Assembly: GCF_001194135.2 (NCBI RefSeq)
Contig: NC_068988.1
Location: 82,571,781 to 82,635,780, forward strand
Direction: 5' to 3'
Source: Octopus bimaculoides
Taxonomy: Eukaryota
Length of the DNA stretch: 64,000 bases
Shown here: positions 13,526 to 27,075 of the stretch, one piece after another
Numbering within the stretch: position 1 is the first letter of the stretch
Layout: each line of letters opens with the position of its first letter
Notes under the pieces: generated by a model
Seen by the model: the letters and a program-made list of their open reading frames with translations, nothing else
Told to the model about the DNA's origin: nothing
Database searches by the model: none
Translations under genes and position numbers: made by a program

Positions 13526-16049
13526 CTTGAAATAAAAATCTCGTAGTGGATTTTAATTTACTTATTTATTTTGTTCGACTGTTGTAATATTAGAGTTTTA
13601 AAAATAAGTGACAGTCAGAATATTTAGAGGTGTGGTGGGAGAGGATACACCCACACTATTTTTAAACAAAATCAAATTAATTGAATGATGATAGATGAAC
13701 ATATTCTATTAACATTTTGAATATTGAAGTAAATGTTGTGTTGTCAATCTTTTCAATAATCTAGAATTCGTGTTCATATTTTATGAAGTGTATTATGAAG
13801 TCATATTAAACAAATAGTGTTGACACTAAACATGACAGGTTCAATTTCAATCAACAGCTGACTTGCCTAGTAAAAGTAGAATATAAATGTTCAATTTGAT
13901 CAATGAGTCATCATATATAAGGTCACAAGCTAACACTAGTATAGACTGCCAAGTCTGGTTACTACATTCGATTACTTATGCAGCGATAATTTGAAAAAAA
14001 TATACGTATTGACTGCAGTATATCATATGGAATAAGCACTCGAGATGTCATTTCATCAAGAACAAAAATAGTACTTCATGGAAACTGATATTAGCTTTTA
14101 AAAATATTTCTCCATATTAAACTTAAATTATAGAAAAACTTAATGTTAATCAGATAGTCCTTAAAGTGAATCTAATTAGAAAGAAAAGAAAAAAAACTAA
14201 GCTGACATCATTCCATCAAAACAAAAATAGTTTTGTTTAGAGCAAGTGATATGACAGGTGAAGATAGATATGAAATACAATCATAACATGTATAAAACAA
14301 AAGAGAGTACATGAAAAATAACTTTACATTCTTAGAAGGTATTACATCGTAGAACTGATTATCATTGTTGCTTAAAAAGATTTGATCTGACAATTAACTG
14401 CAAACAAAACTATACATCAATGTTCAGGTACTTTCTTGACATGACAAAGTATTAAATATACAGTTAAAATTAAGTTATTTTAGGATAGTAAACTTTAAAA
14501 CAGTAGTTTTGGTATTTTATAAACACTTTTTCACTATTGCATATTCTGCAAAAAATAAAAATTACTTTAATCAAACAGAATCTAATTTTATGCAGTGATT
14601 TATTTTTTCCCCTTTTCCTATCCTATCTAGCAAATGACCCCTTTTTTAGATATCTATCTTTGACCTTTTGTTTCTATATTTGGACTGCAGCCATGCTGGG
14701 TCACCATTTTGTAGGGTTGTCAAACAATGGTGGGGAACAAAACACACACACACACGACAGGCTTCTTTTAATTTGTCTCTCAAATCTACTCACAAGGCTT
14801 TGATCAGCTCAGGGTTATTGAGGAAGGTGCTTATCCAGGGTAATGCATAGTGGTACTGAACCAAAGACCACATGGTTGGAAAGCAAGCTTCTTACACCAC
14901 AAACGTGCCTATTAAAGGCGAAAAACTAGGTAACAAAATTATGTTGGACCTTGTATGTCGTGTTTTTCTGTTCACTGGTAACACAATGTCCTTCTCATAT
15001 CTGAATACCGTCAAAGATATTTTTTTTAACGAAAATATGTTTGAAATATAAGTATTGTGCATAGTTTAAATATTTAATTTCTAAGAAATATCATGACATT
15101 ACTAAACACCCAGCATACACAATCCCACAGTGCTCCCTTCTGAGGTCACAAGGTCACCAAGGAGGTGCTATTACCTACATTAAGAATCATTACTCCAAAC
15201 AGTATTAAAAATCTGTTTTAATCAGTGCTACTATAGGTGAAAATTCTCTCAAACTAAGAGGGAAAAAATCTATAATACATACATCAAAAATTTGTTTTAA
15301 ATCTCGTAACAATTATCTGGAAATATATAACTAACAACCCTGTAGTTGGAAAGTGCTTGAAAGATTTATATAGTTATAGAATATACAATTTTCTTTTTTT
15401 TCCTTTTATCAAAACTGCAACACCATACTGTGGCAAAAATAGAGTTTATGGATAGGCACTCTTTAAAGTTTATTATTAGGAAAGACAACTGAAGAACATC
15501 AAATAAGAGAGAAGACTGAAAAGGGTTAATATGTTGAGAAAGATACTCCAAAGGGGTTAAGGTGTTGAATGACACTCCAGACTGTTCTGCTGAACAATGA
15601 CGTGAGAAATAATAGAAGACAAGCTTTATGAATATGGGAAGATAATATCAAAAACACGATAGTAATTAACTTTCACAGTATCAACACACTTCTATAATAC
15701 AAAATCACAAAAACTATCCATTTTAAAATTAAATCATTACGTGAAAGTGTATTCCAATCACCTTAGTTCATTTACAAATCCCTCCAAATTCTTCGTTCAC
15801 CATCATCATTTAACATCCATGTTCCAAGCTGGCATGGGTTAGATGGTTTGACAAGTTGCAATGTTTCTGAAGACTGCACTGTGCTCCAGTGTCTACTTTA
15901 GCATGGTTTCTACAGTTGGATGATTATTTTTCAATATAATTGAAACATACAGACAGTGTGAATCATTAGAAATATGATCATAAAATAGTTGGCAACAAAA
16001 CAATACAGAGAAAACTTTCTATCAGGTTCCACATGGATATTAGGTGTAA

Positions 16050-17160
16050 GGGATGAACAATTCGTTTGTTAGAATAGTAATGTTGATATATGACAGATGA
16101 CAGTTGCAAAGATGAAGGAACGGAACAGTGATGAGTTTGAAGGTTAGAGTATCAGGGATCAGTATTAAGCTCACTCCTATTTATACTTACGACAGAAGTG
16201 CTGGTTCAAAACATAAAAGGTTTACCATATGAGCTGCTGTATGCTGATAATTGGTGTGAATAACCAAAAGTATAGATGAACTTAGGATGAATAGGTCATT
16301 GGAATGTTATGACAAAAAAAACAGTAGGAAAATGAATATAGGTAAAATGTCAATGATTGAAAGTAGTGATGAGGCAGAAAGACAAAAGTGACTGAAGATG
16401 ATAAGATGTATGATAAGTGGTAAAAGAAAGTGCTAAAATATATTATGGAAAGAACAACGATGTGAATGTGTGAGTTTGCATGAAAGGTGCATGAGTGGAC
16501 ATCATTAAATGCATAACATGTGTTGGATGTTTTCATTAGACATGTAATGTGAAAGGGGTATTAATGTGGCAGCTACATTTAAGTATAAAGTGTAAATGGA
16601 GGGAGCTGCAGATGATAGGAATACTGAGGTGTATCTTCAAAATGGCATGAAGATGGAAGATGCAAAAATATTTTGTTACTTAGTAGAGGGAAGCATGTTG
16701 TTACTTAGTGCAAGAAGTGAGTTGTATGCTAAAGAAGTAAAGGATGTGGATGAAACTGAACAGAAAAATGAATGTTGTATAAGAGAGAAATGCTAAGATT
16801 TATGTAAATGAGACATGGACAATCAAAGTGGAGTAACAGAAAAGAGAATAAGTGAGTAGATAAACAGTGTATCAGTGAGTGAGAGGAATGAAATGGTAAA
16901 GAATAAGAAAGAGTCAGTGTTGGATATTGTGAAGAGATACGGGATAAGGTGGCCAGGTCATTTGATGAGGAAAGATGAAAGTGATGGAAATGAATATGAA
17001 AGGATGTAGAGAAAGACATGACCAAGAATTATGAAAGGGAAAATGAGAGCAAGGAGAGGGAGATATAGAAGAGAAGGGTAAAATGAAGACTGTTATGGAG
17101 CCTACAAGATTAAATTCTACTCCAGCAGGGAAAATGGGTCTTTAAAGCATTTGAATACAG
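16050..17160 (+). mobile_element. Highly decayed RTE-like LINE fragment
   Basis: KMEDAKIFCYLVEGSML resembles EVVDSFCYLGDML; purine-rich strand; 3' end resembles 59030-59080. Confidence 0.55.
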
Positions 17161-18819
17161 AGGTAGTGAAAACACAGAATGTGATGCAAATAGACAAGAC
17201 TAAGTTAAACATAAATGAAGAAACAACAAAAGCATTGGCCAATGTATGTCACACATAAATGTGATGATACTTGCAATATGAAATATAGACAGTAGTAGAT
17301 AGCCATAGTAAATCTAGTAACAACTACATTGGATCACTGATGACTAAGTCTTTATGTAAGGATTCAACTTATCAATATACAGTAGTGGTTTCCCTTGCAA
17401 GGTTCTTACACAGAGCTGTTATATCATTGTGTTACATACCTTGGTACAAGGTGGACCAACTAGTTAAGTGTATAGGCCATCAATGATAGGACGTATATTG
17501 TCGATCTGCTTGGTTCTCCACTTTTAACTCAGCTATTCACATTTGCTATGGTAGATGTAGACAACAAAAGAAAAGTAAATCATAGGTGAAATAATTAAAC
17601 CAGATTTACTATCACTGGCCCATAATGAAATAACAGCATTGATCTACACTGGTGATGAAGATGTTTAGAATGCTGATTATGGCAAACATGAGAAGGATAC
17701 AAGATGCTTTGTGTTTTCTGGGCTGGTATCCCATGTTTCTGCTGCTGGTACTTGAGTAAATTTTACTTGTCAGTCATTTATAGTTCATAAAAGGTAGAAA
17801 GCTGATAATATTGAAGTTAATTAAATTACAAGTCTTTACAAAATGTAGTCTTCTTCCAAGTCAAAAGAATTATTTTATCAGGAAATGAAAGATTACACAT
17901 TAACAGAATATGTTATATTCCCTAGCTAAGGCTAATATAAAAAAAATTCAGTTTCATAATTAAACAGAATTTGAACTAAGATAGTTACCATCAGTATTAA
18001 GCAAATTATTTTGATTTTTGATTCTTCAAACAATTTAAAAGGTTTTTGAATTATTTCAAATGAATTATCTTAAGAGAAAACAAAAACTGATTTTAAAATA
18101 TTTAATAATGATATTTAATAATTCAATTTGGAAAAGTTATCTAATTCAATTAAGCTAGTGAGATGACTGACAAAATGGTCAGGAATTATTTTTAAAAAGT
18201 GATAATAGATATAGAATTGTTTTCTGTTACTGTTTTTTTAATGTCTAAGTCAGAGAAAAATCATACCCATGATCCTTTCTAAGACTGGTGGATGCCAAAA
18301 AGTTGAACTGGGTGACTGAGTAAGTCTACTATCCAAGGGCAAAAACAAAAGGCTTCCACAGGTTCCCAAAGGCAAAGACTTCCACAGTTTCCCAAGGGCA
18401 AAAGCACTTAGTTTACCCTGTACCAAATCTTATTCACCAGGCTTTGGAAGAAGACACACACCTAAGACTGTGTGTGATAGCAGTAAATCAAAACCTACAG
18501 TCGAAACAGTATTTTATTTAAAATATCCAACTTCCAGCATTAGAGATATTTGCAAAAACATTCCAAATCCTGATAGTAAGGAAATATAGACTAAATTTGG
18601 ACTTAGCAACCAAAATTTAGAATACTAAAAGAAAATTGGGGTTGGGTAAATATATTATCAAGGAAAACAGGGACACCTCCATCCCCCAGGAGTTGCATGT
18701 TGTTTCTCACTTAGCAAGTCACTCATCATCATTGTCTTTATTTTTGTTTTTCCTTCGTTGATATGGATTTGATGGGTCAAAATAGTCCAGTCAGTCCATA
18801 TTTAAACTGGTGGGAAAAC

Positions 18820-19210
18820 ATTTCTGCTTGCTGATATGGTTATGGCTGTGCGAATAAAGAATTCACTTAGCAGTCATGTTGGGTTCAGTCTTACTGCAGC
18901 ACCTTGGGCCAACCAAAGCGTTGTGAGTAGATTTGGTAGACAGAAAGTGAAAGAAGTGTAAATATGGATGATGATGGTGGTGTGTGTATGGCTCCTTGTC
19001 TTGGTGTTGCACAATAGTTGTAAATGAGTGCCACCATTACATAAGTGCTATTCGTTTTTAATTTTCCATGAAAAGATATCTGGCCACGGGGAAATATCTT
19101 CTTACCTGGAAACAGGTTAATTGGCAACAAGAAGAGTATTCAGTTGTAGGAAATCTGCCTCAACAAAAGCCATCTGACTCATGCAAGCAAAGAAGACTGG
19201 ACATTAAAAT
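18820..19210 (+). mobile_element. Abundant SINE family (ggctgtgtggt..ggttcagtccca..ggcaagtgtcttctactatag..ttgtgagtggatttggtaga); representative copy
   Basis: Recurrent motif; further copies at about 4630-4900, 5760-6235, 10010-10215, 14690-14910, 29790-29915, 31040-31180, 32625-32960, 48990-49305, 50760-51180. Confidence 0.8.
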
Positions 19211-19262
19211 GATAAGTGTATATATATTCAACATTATAAAGAGAGAGGATTATATTCATTGT

Positions 19263-19300
<38 letters not shown>

Positions 19301-19315
19301 TGAATGAATGAATGA

Positions 19316-19356
<41 letters not shown>

Positions 19357-19489
19357 CTTGTGTATATATATATTCATATTCATTAAATGCCTTAATTGCA
19401 ATTGTTTTCTTTATTTTCCTGAGTTTTTTTCCACCACATATTTTACTCGTCTGACATCATAGTGTTGTTTGTCTCCTCCCTACTTCATA

Positions 19490-19494
<5 letters not shown>

Positions 19495-19572
<78 letters not shown>
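19495..19572. repeat. (TG)n microsatellite
   Basis: Direct reading. Confidence 0.95.
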
Positions 19573-19576
<4 letters not shown>

Positions 19577-19866
19577 GATATAAAAATTCTAATTATAGCA
19601 GCTAGCATTGCCAAAGACCTTCAGCAGTAAAACAACAACTAACGACAGACTTTAGGTATCCTCCCCACTCATACCAGCATGAGAAAACAAACAAGACAGC
19701 AATGAATCATTACCAATGATATTTGTTTTGATATAAGACAGGTCGCGAAGAAGAAATCAGATATGAAGAAAGACCACAATAGATTTGCTTTGTTCCAGAG
19801 CAACCTTTTTATTCATTGTTTTGAACAAGAGTTTGTAAAGGCACAAATCATTTGAAAACCCGTTCC

Positions 19867-20095
19867 TTAACCTTTTTGTTAGCATATTTATGTTGGATTA
19901 TATTGTCATTGTTTTAATTGATTTTAAAAATAATGAGGAATTGAGTAAAATAACTTTGTCATTATTAAGCTGGTGTTAAGAGTAGAAGACAGTCTGAAAT
20001 TTTAACAAAGTTTTAAATTTCAATTATTTCAAAATAAAAAGTTTATATCATAGAATCAAGTGTGATCTTGAGCAGGTTGGCATCAAAAGGGTTAA
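19867..20095. mobile_element. piggyBac-like MITE
   Basis: TTAA-CCTTTTTG ... CAAAAGGG-TTAA ends; internal sequence shared with other copies. Confidence 0.7.
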
Positions 20096-21274
20096 AATGT
20101 TGCTTTCCAACGATGAGGTTAATCAGCTTATTTTGAGAGATAATTTATGTCAAAGCAATCACATAAATTAATACTACAAGTTCTCTAGAAGTGTACTTAG
20201 CCTTTAGCAGCCTTTCACTTTCCTAATGAGAACTTTCCCCCACCTACTGCTCATATAATCTGAACAAGGCACAAGGTCACAACTTAACCATTTCATATTC
20301 TATATAGCAGTAACTTAGCAACACCCATTGATAATAAGGGATTAAAACTGTACAACCTTAGAGTCAAAAGTTCTCATATTCAAGCCACCAAAGAAACACA
20401 CTCTCACCTCTCTTTCATATACAAGTGTGTATACATACACACTCACACATATGTGTGTGTGTGTGCATGCACACACACACATGTATATACACATGCTTAT
20501 ACATACACATGTATGTTCACCTTCATGACAAGCCATTTAATTAAATCACTGTACCACCTAACATATAATTACAGTTCAGCATCATGAAAATTATATTAGC
20601 AACTGATTATATTTAGAGACAATGAGTTAAGTCTGAAATGTCATGATGTAATAATTAAAGCTACTCGCTTTGATAAAAGTCAGAAGTATATCTCAACAGC
20701 TTGCTGAAGCAAGTCAATAAATAATACTTAGAAATATTTGTAAATATGTTGTTAGTAACTTTTTCGAATATCTCTACCCAAATTCTCAATAACACATTAC
20801 ATAAAAGAATCCTAATAACACAGATGATATATGCCACCTGCTAATTTAACTTTCATGTGAATAAGTGTTATTTTAATTTTATGGTGTCCAACAAAATACC
20901 TGACACTACCTATACATTCTGGGTTCAAATATTGTCAAAGCTGACTGCTTATCTTTCCAGAATCGATAAAATAAGTATGTGCAAGAAAGAGCACAGAGTG
21001 GGGTCAGTTAATTTTGACTACACTTCTACATCCACTTCTTAGATAAGTGACCTTATAATTGTGTGGGACATCAAAAATATAGAGTCTTAGTTAAGTCTGA
21101 GGTTAAGACTATATCAGACTAGAACCAATAAAAATATATTAGAGTCATGCACAGCTATCAATTCAATTGATTGTATGTGCTTTAAAAACAAAGGTTACTA
21201 TGACAGAAGTATGTTGGAGAGAGAGAAAAAGAGCAAGTAGGAAAGAGATTAACCTAAAATGCAAAGCAACTCAC

Positions 21275-21362
21275 ACAGACACAATCATTCTTTCAAACTG
21301 AAGGTCAATGTTAGTCGGGTTAGCTTCAACTCATCCAAGTCTACAATAAGCTCCATTAGAAT
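21275..21362 (-). CDS. Exon Y (88 nt, phase 1->2): (D)SNGAYCRLG*VEANPTNIDLQFERMIVS(V), with one in-frame TGA at 21331-21333
   Basis: Acceptor ttttgatatacctacag|, consensus donor GT|gtgagt. Phases bridge exon X and exon G exactly. The other two frames also contain stops. Confidence 0.55.
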
Positions 21363-22329
21363 CTGTAGGTATATCAAAATATTCACAAAAAATATCTCAT
21401 GTATAATATGCATTGAATATTCTTTACTACTAAGTTATATGGGGTGGGGAAGAGTATTTAGTCACATTTATCATAATTGCTGTATAATTCACATTGTAAA
21501 AGTTCCGGCATCCTACACGGAATGACAAATGAAATTTGAAAGTAGTATTTGAACTTCACTAGTACAGGCCACAAACATTCACCTGTTGTAAAATCAACTT
21601 AGTGGCAATTACAGTGTTATTGAGATATATTCAATGTTATTTATCGAAAATATCATTTCTGATTGACTATGAACTGAACGACACCAATAACAACAGCAAG
21701 AAACCAATAAAAAGAAATACAAACTTTAAAAAGCATTACATATAAAATTATGAACAAATAAACAACCCGAATTAGAAACGGTTTCTTAATATTGAACCTT
21801 TTAAGTATGAAAATATATAAAAAGCAACAATAATTGGTGAGTATTTACAGTCTGAAGGTATTAAAAACAAACAGAAAACTCCTTTTAATGATGTAACAGA
21901 GCTGTTCTTAATTGTATTTAGCATGAACAACCAAACTTCCTCCAAACATTACCCTACATATGAACCAACAAGCAAGGCAGCTACATAATAGTTTGACATA
22001 TTAAAAATGGCAGCCAATTCTTCTTTAAATTATACCCTTCTTCTGTTAGTTTGATGCAATTCTTAGTCATTGCCATTCAGCTCTGAGAGGTGAGTATGAA
22101 ATGAAAGAGCAGTTTTAAACATAGGTGATTATAATCCTAGAAAAATGCACAATCAATTTGAAAACATGTTATTTTTAGCATCTCTCTCTCTCTCTCTCTC
22201 TCAAAAGAAAAACCTGTAATATTTTGAAACTCAGTTAAAAATTTATTCTTAAATAAAACACTTTAATTAAAACTTCTTTTTTTTTAAATCAGAATTTTAA
22301 TAAATTGAAACAACATTTTAAATTTTCAC

Positions 22330-22715
22330 CATTAACATACCAGCTTGCATGGGTCAGACTGAGTTTATTTGAGCAGATTTTATACAGCTGGTTTCCCTTC
22401 CTGTTGCCAACCCTAACCTGTTTCCAAGGTAGTATTTCCTCAGAGTCAGATATGTTTGAGCAGAATACTGGAAAAGAATAACGCTGCTTGTATGGCAGTG
22501 ACACTCATTTACAACTATCACACTATGTCAAGACAAAGAAGCACAAATACACCATGCATGTACATATGACTGGCTTCATTTAGTTTCCATCTACCAAATC
22601 CACTCACAAGGCTTTGAACAGTCCAGAGCTATAATAGAAGACAAGTGAACAAAGTACCACACAGTAGGACTGAACCTGAAACCATGGGGTTGGGAAGCAA
22701 ATTTCTAAACCACAC
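22330..22715 (-). mobile_element. Copy of the abundant SINE family
   Basis: ctaccaaatccactcacaaggctttg..ggactgaacctgaaaccatgg..aaaccacac. Confidence 0.8.
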
Positions 22716-23010
22716 GCAAAAAAGACATTTCAAACTACAATTTAGATCTTTAAAATAAAGGAAAAAATGAGTAGCTTTAGTTTTCGTGTACCTGTACCCA
22801 CTAATTTCTAGGTTTGAGAATTTAACAATAAAGTGCCCAGTTTAAAAGAGAGAGAACTATATTTAAAAGGTACAGAGAACTGTATTTCAGATCTCCATTT
22901 ACAAATAGCAGTGTATGGGTAACATAGAATCTCTTATATACCCAGAAATCTACTCAATGAGGGTCTTCACCTAATCCCATTTGTCCTGTATTAATTATAA
23001 TGTAATTTAA

Positions 23011-23224
23011 GGCGGCGAGCTGGCAGAAACATTAGCACACCGGGCGAAATGCTTAGCAGTATTTCATCTGTCTTTACTTTCTGAGTTCAAATTCCACCGA
23101 GGTCAACTTTGCCTTTCATCCTTTCGGAGTTGATAAATTAAGTACCAGTTGCATACTGGGGTTGATCTAATTGACCGACCCCCTCCCCAAAAGTTTCGGG
23201 CCTTGTGCCTAGTGTAGAAAAGAT
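23011..23224 (+). mobile_element. tRNA-head SINE with conserved central domain (ctttgcctttcatcctttcgg..gataaa..aagtaccag)
   Basis: Flanked by a 16-bp TSD, 15/16 identical (attaattataatgtaa / attaattataatgcaa); other copies at 39241-39453 and 52029-52244. Resemblance to the Meta/CORE-type domain is from memory. Confidence 0.85.
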
Positions 23225-23496
23225 TAATTATAATGCAACGTAACATAAACAATACATGACTTATATAAGATACATTTAAATTTCATGTCATAGAAATTGT
23301 GTTTCACTAAGAAAAAGAAAATTTCCTTCTTCTACCTTCACATGAAGGCTGATAAACCCAGTGTGTGCATGCGTGTAAGCTAACAGAATATTATAAAATA
23401 TTTATAAATCCAGTCTTCTTAATACCATCATAATCTCGAAAAAACACAAGAGAAACCCCACTCCCCATATCTATACTATGTATGAGTAGTTGGTTA

Positions 23497-23557
23497 TGCA
23501 ACCAATCTTGTTCAATGTACAGGTGTGGCACCTGTACATTGAACAAGATCGGGTGCA
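23497..23557. repeat. 29-bp stem / 3-nt loop palindrome (21 bp perfect)
   Basis: atcttgttcaatgtacaggtg-tgg-cacctgtacattgaacaagat, extended by 8 bp with 2 mismatches. Confidence 0.9.
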
Positions 23558-24269
23558 GCAAAAAAAACAAAAATCCTCAAATTCACCATTCTTGATGTTT
23601 CAACAGTAAATGTATGGTGTGCATTGGTCCAAACCATGATGGTAACTGTAAAAAAAAATAAAACATTAGCTACATGAAGATACCATTACCACCTGTCTAA
23701 CTTCACTATTGCCATGCCAATAGCCATGTAAAATATGAGAGGTTTTCCTGGCACATCCTCTTTGAAAGTGATTTAAAAGTTATTTAGTTATTAAAGGCTT
23801 GTTCTAAACAAGGGTTTATAGAGGTGGTCCTCTCATACAAATGGGAGGAAATACAAAACAGAAAAAAATAGATTACGAAAAAACATAAAATCCAAGGTAA
23901 ACAAAAGAATCTGAAAATTTCCAGATGAGTCTACCTTCCGCTAAGTTGTCAATACCTGAACTACTTAGCTGCTTCGAAATATTTATAAACACATTCCATC
24001 CATGAAGGGCAAAGTCAAAACAAAAACTTGCACTATATATACTGAACATGTGTTTTACATGTCACTTGTTACTGGATCAGATTACAGTTCCACAAAGTAA
24101 TAAAGAGGAAATCTAGCAGCTTATCACAACTGTCCTGTGTATAATAATACAGTAGTTGCTTTGAAAGTCATACCAATAACTTTTGACTCCCAACTGCATT
24201 AAAGTTAACAAATCTGTTTATCCATTCCATTCATAACAGAGATCTCAAAACAAATTATATAACAGGTAA

Positions 24270-24500
24270 CATGCTGCTGAACAAGGAAAAATTTGAGCTC
24301 ATCTCCTTTGAAAAGGAGGATATACTCAAGTCATATTCTCTTCCCTCAGAGATTCTTCTGATGTCAATATCAGACTTAAGTGTAACTGTGAACCATAACC
24401 TAAACTGGAGTGCACACGCCGACAATAAAGTGGATATGGTTTGTAGATCTTTATACCCCAATTTCCCACATGGAAAGATATCCATTCATCTATTTGCCAA
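24270..24500 (+). mobile_element. CR1/L2-like LINE RT C-terminal fragment
   Basis: LLNKEKFELISF...SDLSVTVNHNLNWSAH matches the recalled pattern N..K.....F...DLGV.VD..L.WS.H. Confidence 0.65.
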
Positions 24501-25089
24501 AGTACAAATAAAGTTGGAGAATCAAAAATGTCTTGAGACCAACATAAGAAATCATCAATGATTACATGCCCTACTGATAATTTTTAAAATTTAAGGAAGA
24601 TTTTAAATGACTGTCTAAAATTAAGATAGTTCGGTTACTATCTAAGGTGTAATTAAAGTTAATCGTCATGTAGATACCCATTAAGGTTTTATTCTAGATA
24701 TCTCTAAAAGATAAAATTTTAACTTCAAATGAACAAAATACCATGCAAATTTAAAATAAATACCATATTTAAGTATATGCAGTCATCTTTTTAAATAGAA
24801 AAAACATATATATTCATTTACAATGCACAATTATTCACTTCCTTCATCCAGGATATAATTTGTGGTAATTAGAACCTTTGTAATTTTGCATGTAGCAGTA
24901 AAGTCATGGTTGTGATTAACCATGTAATCAGAATATAATGTTTTCAATTTTTTGCTTAAAAGGCTTATTGATACAGATGTCCAGTGATTATAAAATGTTT
25001 GTTAAACCACCAAGCATAACAAGTTCTGTATATTACATTATTGCAGGCTATTTCATTGTTATCTGTAAGGCAGCCATGAAGATAATCCA

Positions 25090-25400
25090 ATACAAACATT
25101 GGTTTCAGTTTTAGCAAAGCACAAACATGATTCCAAACCAAACAGACCCATTCTTCATCCAGCCTTTTTCAGTAGCAGAAACAATAACATTATTTGTAAA
25201 TTTAATGCTGCCTATAACAAAGGGGCAGTTTACCACCATTAATACAAGCATTAGTATACAACACTGTTTTACACTGCCACCTGTAAGGCCAGATATCAAT
25301 TTAGTATCATCTATTTCAAAATACACTGGTATTTAATCATCATTTCTAGTTTGATTAACTAACCCCAGACTTCTTTTATGCATACCAATGATAAGTATCA
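25090..25400 (-). mobile_element. Decayed LINE RT fragment
   Basis: GSVKQCCILMLVL resembles the RT motif GVKQGCILAP.LF. Confidence 0.45.
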
Positions 25401-26129
25401 ATGTATATGACACTTTCCTATATTATCTGGTTGACTATACAAGTGAATAGACATATTTCAAATAGATATTTTAAGCAGCTCAGCAACTATCCCCAATGGG
25501 CCAACTTCTTTTCCTGCCTTCATATTCTTTATTGCTTTATCATGCTCATGTCAACTTGGATAGATGCCCATCACTACAGTTGAGTTTACATGGGGTAGAC
25601 TCTCTTACAAACATTCTCCACATTCAACAGCCCTCACTTTCATGCCATTTTCTTTTCAGCAACAGTAAATACAGGTGTGCCATTATCATTCCACACAACT
25701 TCTCTATGACTACTTTATTTTCTGTAGTAAACTGCTTACCAATTCCGAATACTTCATGTCTCTGATCCTTACATTTTAGAACATTGGTAAACTTCCTACT
25801 TTCAACTTCTCCCCTTGCTAAATATATGTGATGTCTAGGATCTGTTCTAGCTACTTATTATATTCCTCTTTAACACCTACTTTCTTCCAATATTTCCAGG
25901 ACTATCTCTATGCCTTAACAGCTCTCTCTACAGAACTATTCTCTCATCATGTCACCCTTTTGGCTGTAACCTTACACCAGCCACAGATATCTATTACCCA
26001 AAATACATTGTTCCATAAAGGACAACTGTGTGTGTGTGTGTGTGTGTGTGTAAAATGTATACTTGGTTTACCTTTCCATCACTAAATCAACCACAAGCAA
26101 AAATAAGAATGGGAGAATACTAGTAATGA

Positions 26130-26600
26130 TGCTAAGGTTCTAAGTATACCCAGAATCTGTCCTGAGACAACAACTAGAATCCTCATACAGATTCTGAAAG
26201 ATGCTGAGATACTGTTAGGGAATAACATATGCTTGGACAATCATCCATAGAGATTTCTTATGGATGCAAGGAAAATTTGCTGTAAAACATGGAAAATGTT
26301 AGCAGAGGCAGCCAATGATGCCTACACACGATCCTCAAACACAACTGGTAAAAATTATGAAGGAGGAAATCCTTCTGCAAAACACGATGGCATTATATCA
26401 GTTTCACTTAGCAATTACATTTTACATGTAGCAGCCACTTGGCATGCAAAAACTGCAATATCGACACCAGAAGAAGGAAAATGAGACAAAAAAAGTCTAG
26501 CCTAAGAGAATCTGGCACAGACATTCCAACAAGATTTCAAATGAATGAAGAGTAGCTAAATAGACCCAGAAAGAAATGCAGCAGAACGAAGCCTACTATC
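26130..26600 (+). mobile_element. Decayed RTE-like LINE C-terminal fragment
   Basis: WHAKTAISTPEEGK resembles R.AKTAL.WTP.GKR.RGRP. Confidence 0.5.
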
Positions 26601-26746
26601 TCATTACGCATTTCTCAAGATGAAGTGACTCAAGAGGTCACTTCTCTGGTCTATCTATGAGAGTAGCAACAACTCATCCAACTTACATCAGCACCAAAAG
26701 TGGTCATAAAATGACAATTATACATGTACATATGTGTAAGTGTGAA

Positions 26747-27075
26747 GGCGCATGGCTCAGTGGTTAGAGCGTCGAGCTTACGATCGTGAGGTTGTGAGTT
26801 CGAATCCTGGACCGGGCTGTGTGTTGTGTTCTTGAGCAAGACACTTTATTTCACATTGCTCCAGTTCACTCAGCTGTAGAAATGAGTTACGACATTACAG
26901 GTGCCAAGCTGTACCGGCCTTTACCTTTCCCTTGGATAACACTGGTCGCATGGAGAGGGGAGGCCGGTATGCATGGGCAACTGCTGGTCTTCCATAAACA
27001 ACCTTACCTGGACTTGTGCCTGGGAGGGTAACTTTCTAGGTGCAATCCCATGGTCAGTCATGACCAAAGGGGGTT
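26747..27075 (+). mobile_element. tRNA-derived SINE with intact A box and B box
   Basis: TGGCTCAGTGG (A box) and GAGTTCGAATCC (B box), then tgttcttgagcaagacact central domain; a degenerate copy lies at about 41600-41830. Confidence 0.85.

Noticed and set aside
23946-24043. Open minus-strand frame (IYSASFCFDFALHGWNVFINISKQLSSS) with phase 2->1 sites
   Set aside because: Acceptor lacks a polypyrimidine tract and it does not fit between exons X and Y. The 15-nt match to 59418 (acttagctgcttcga) is treated as chance.
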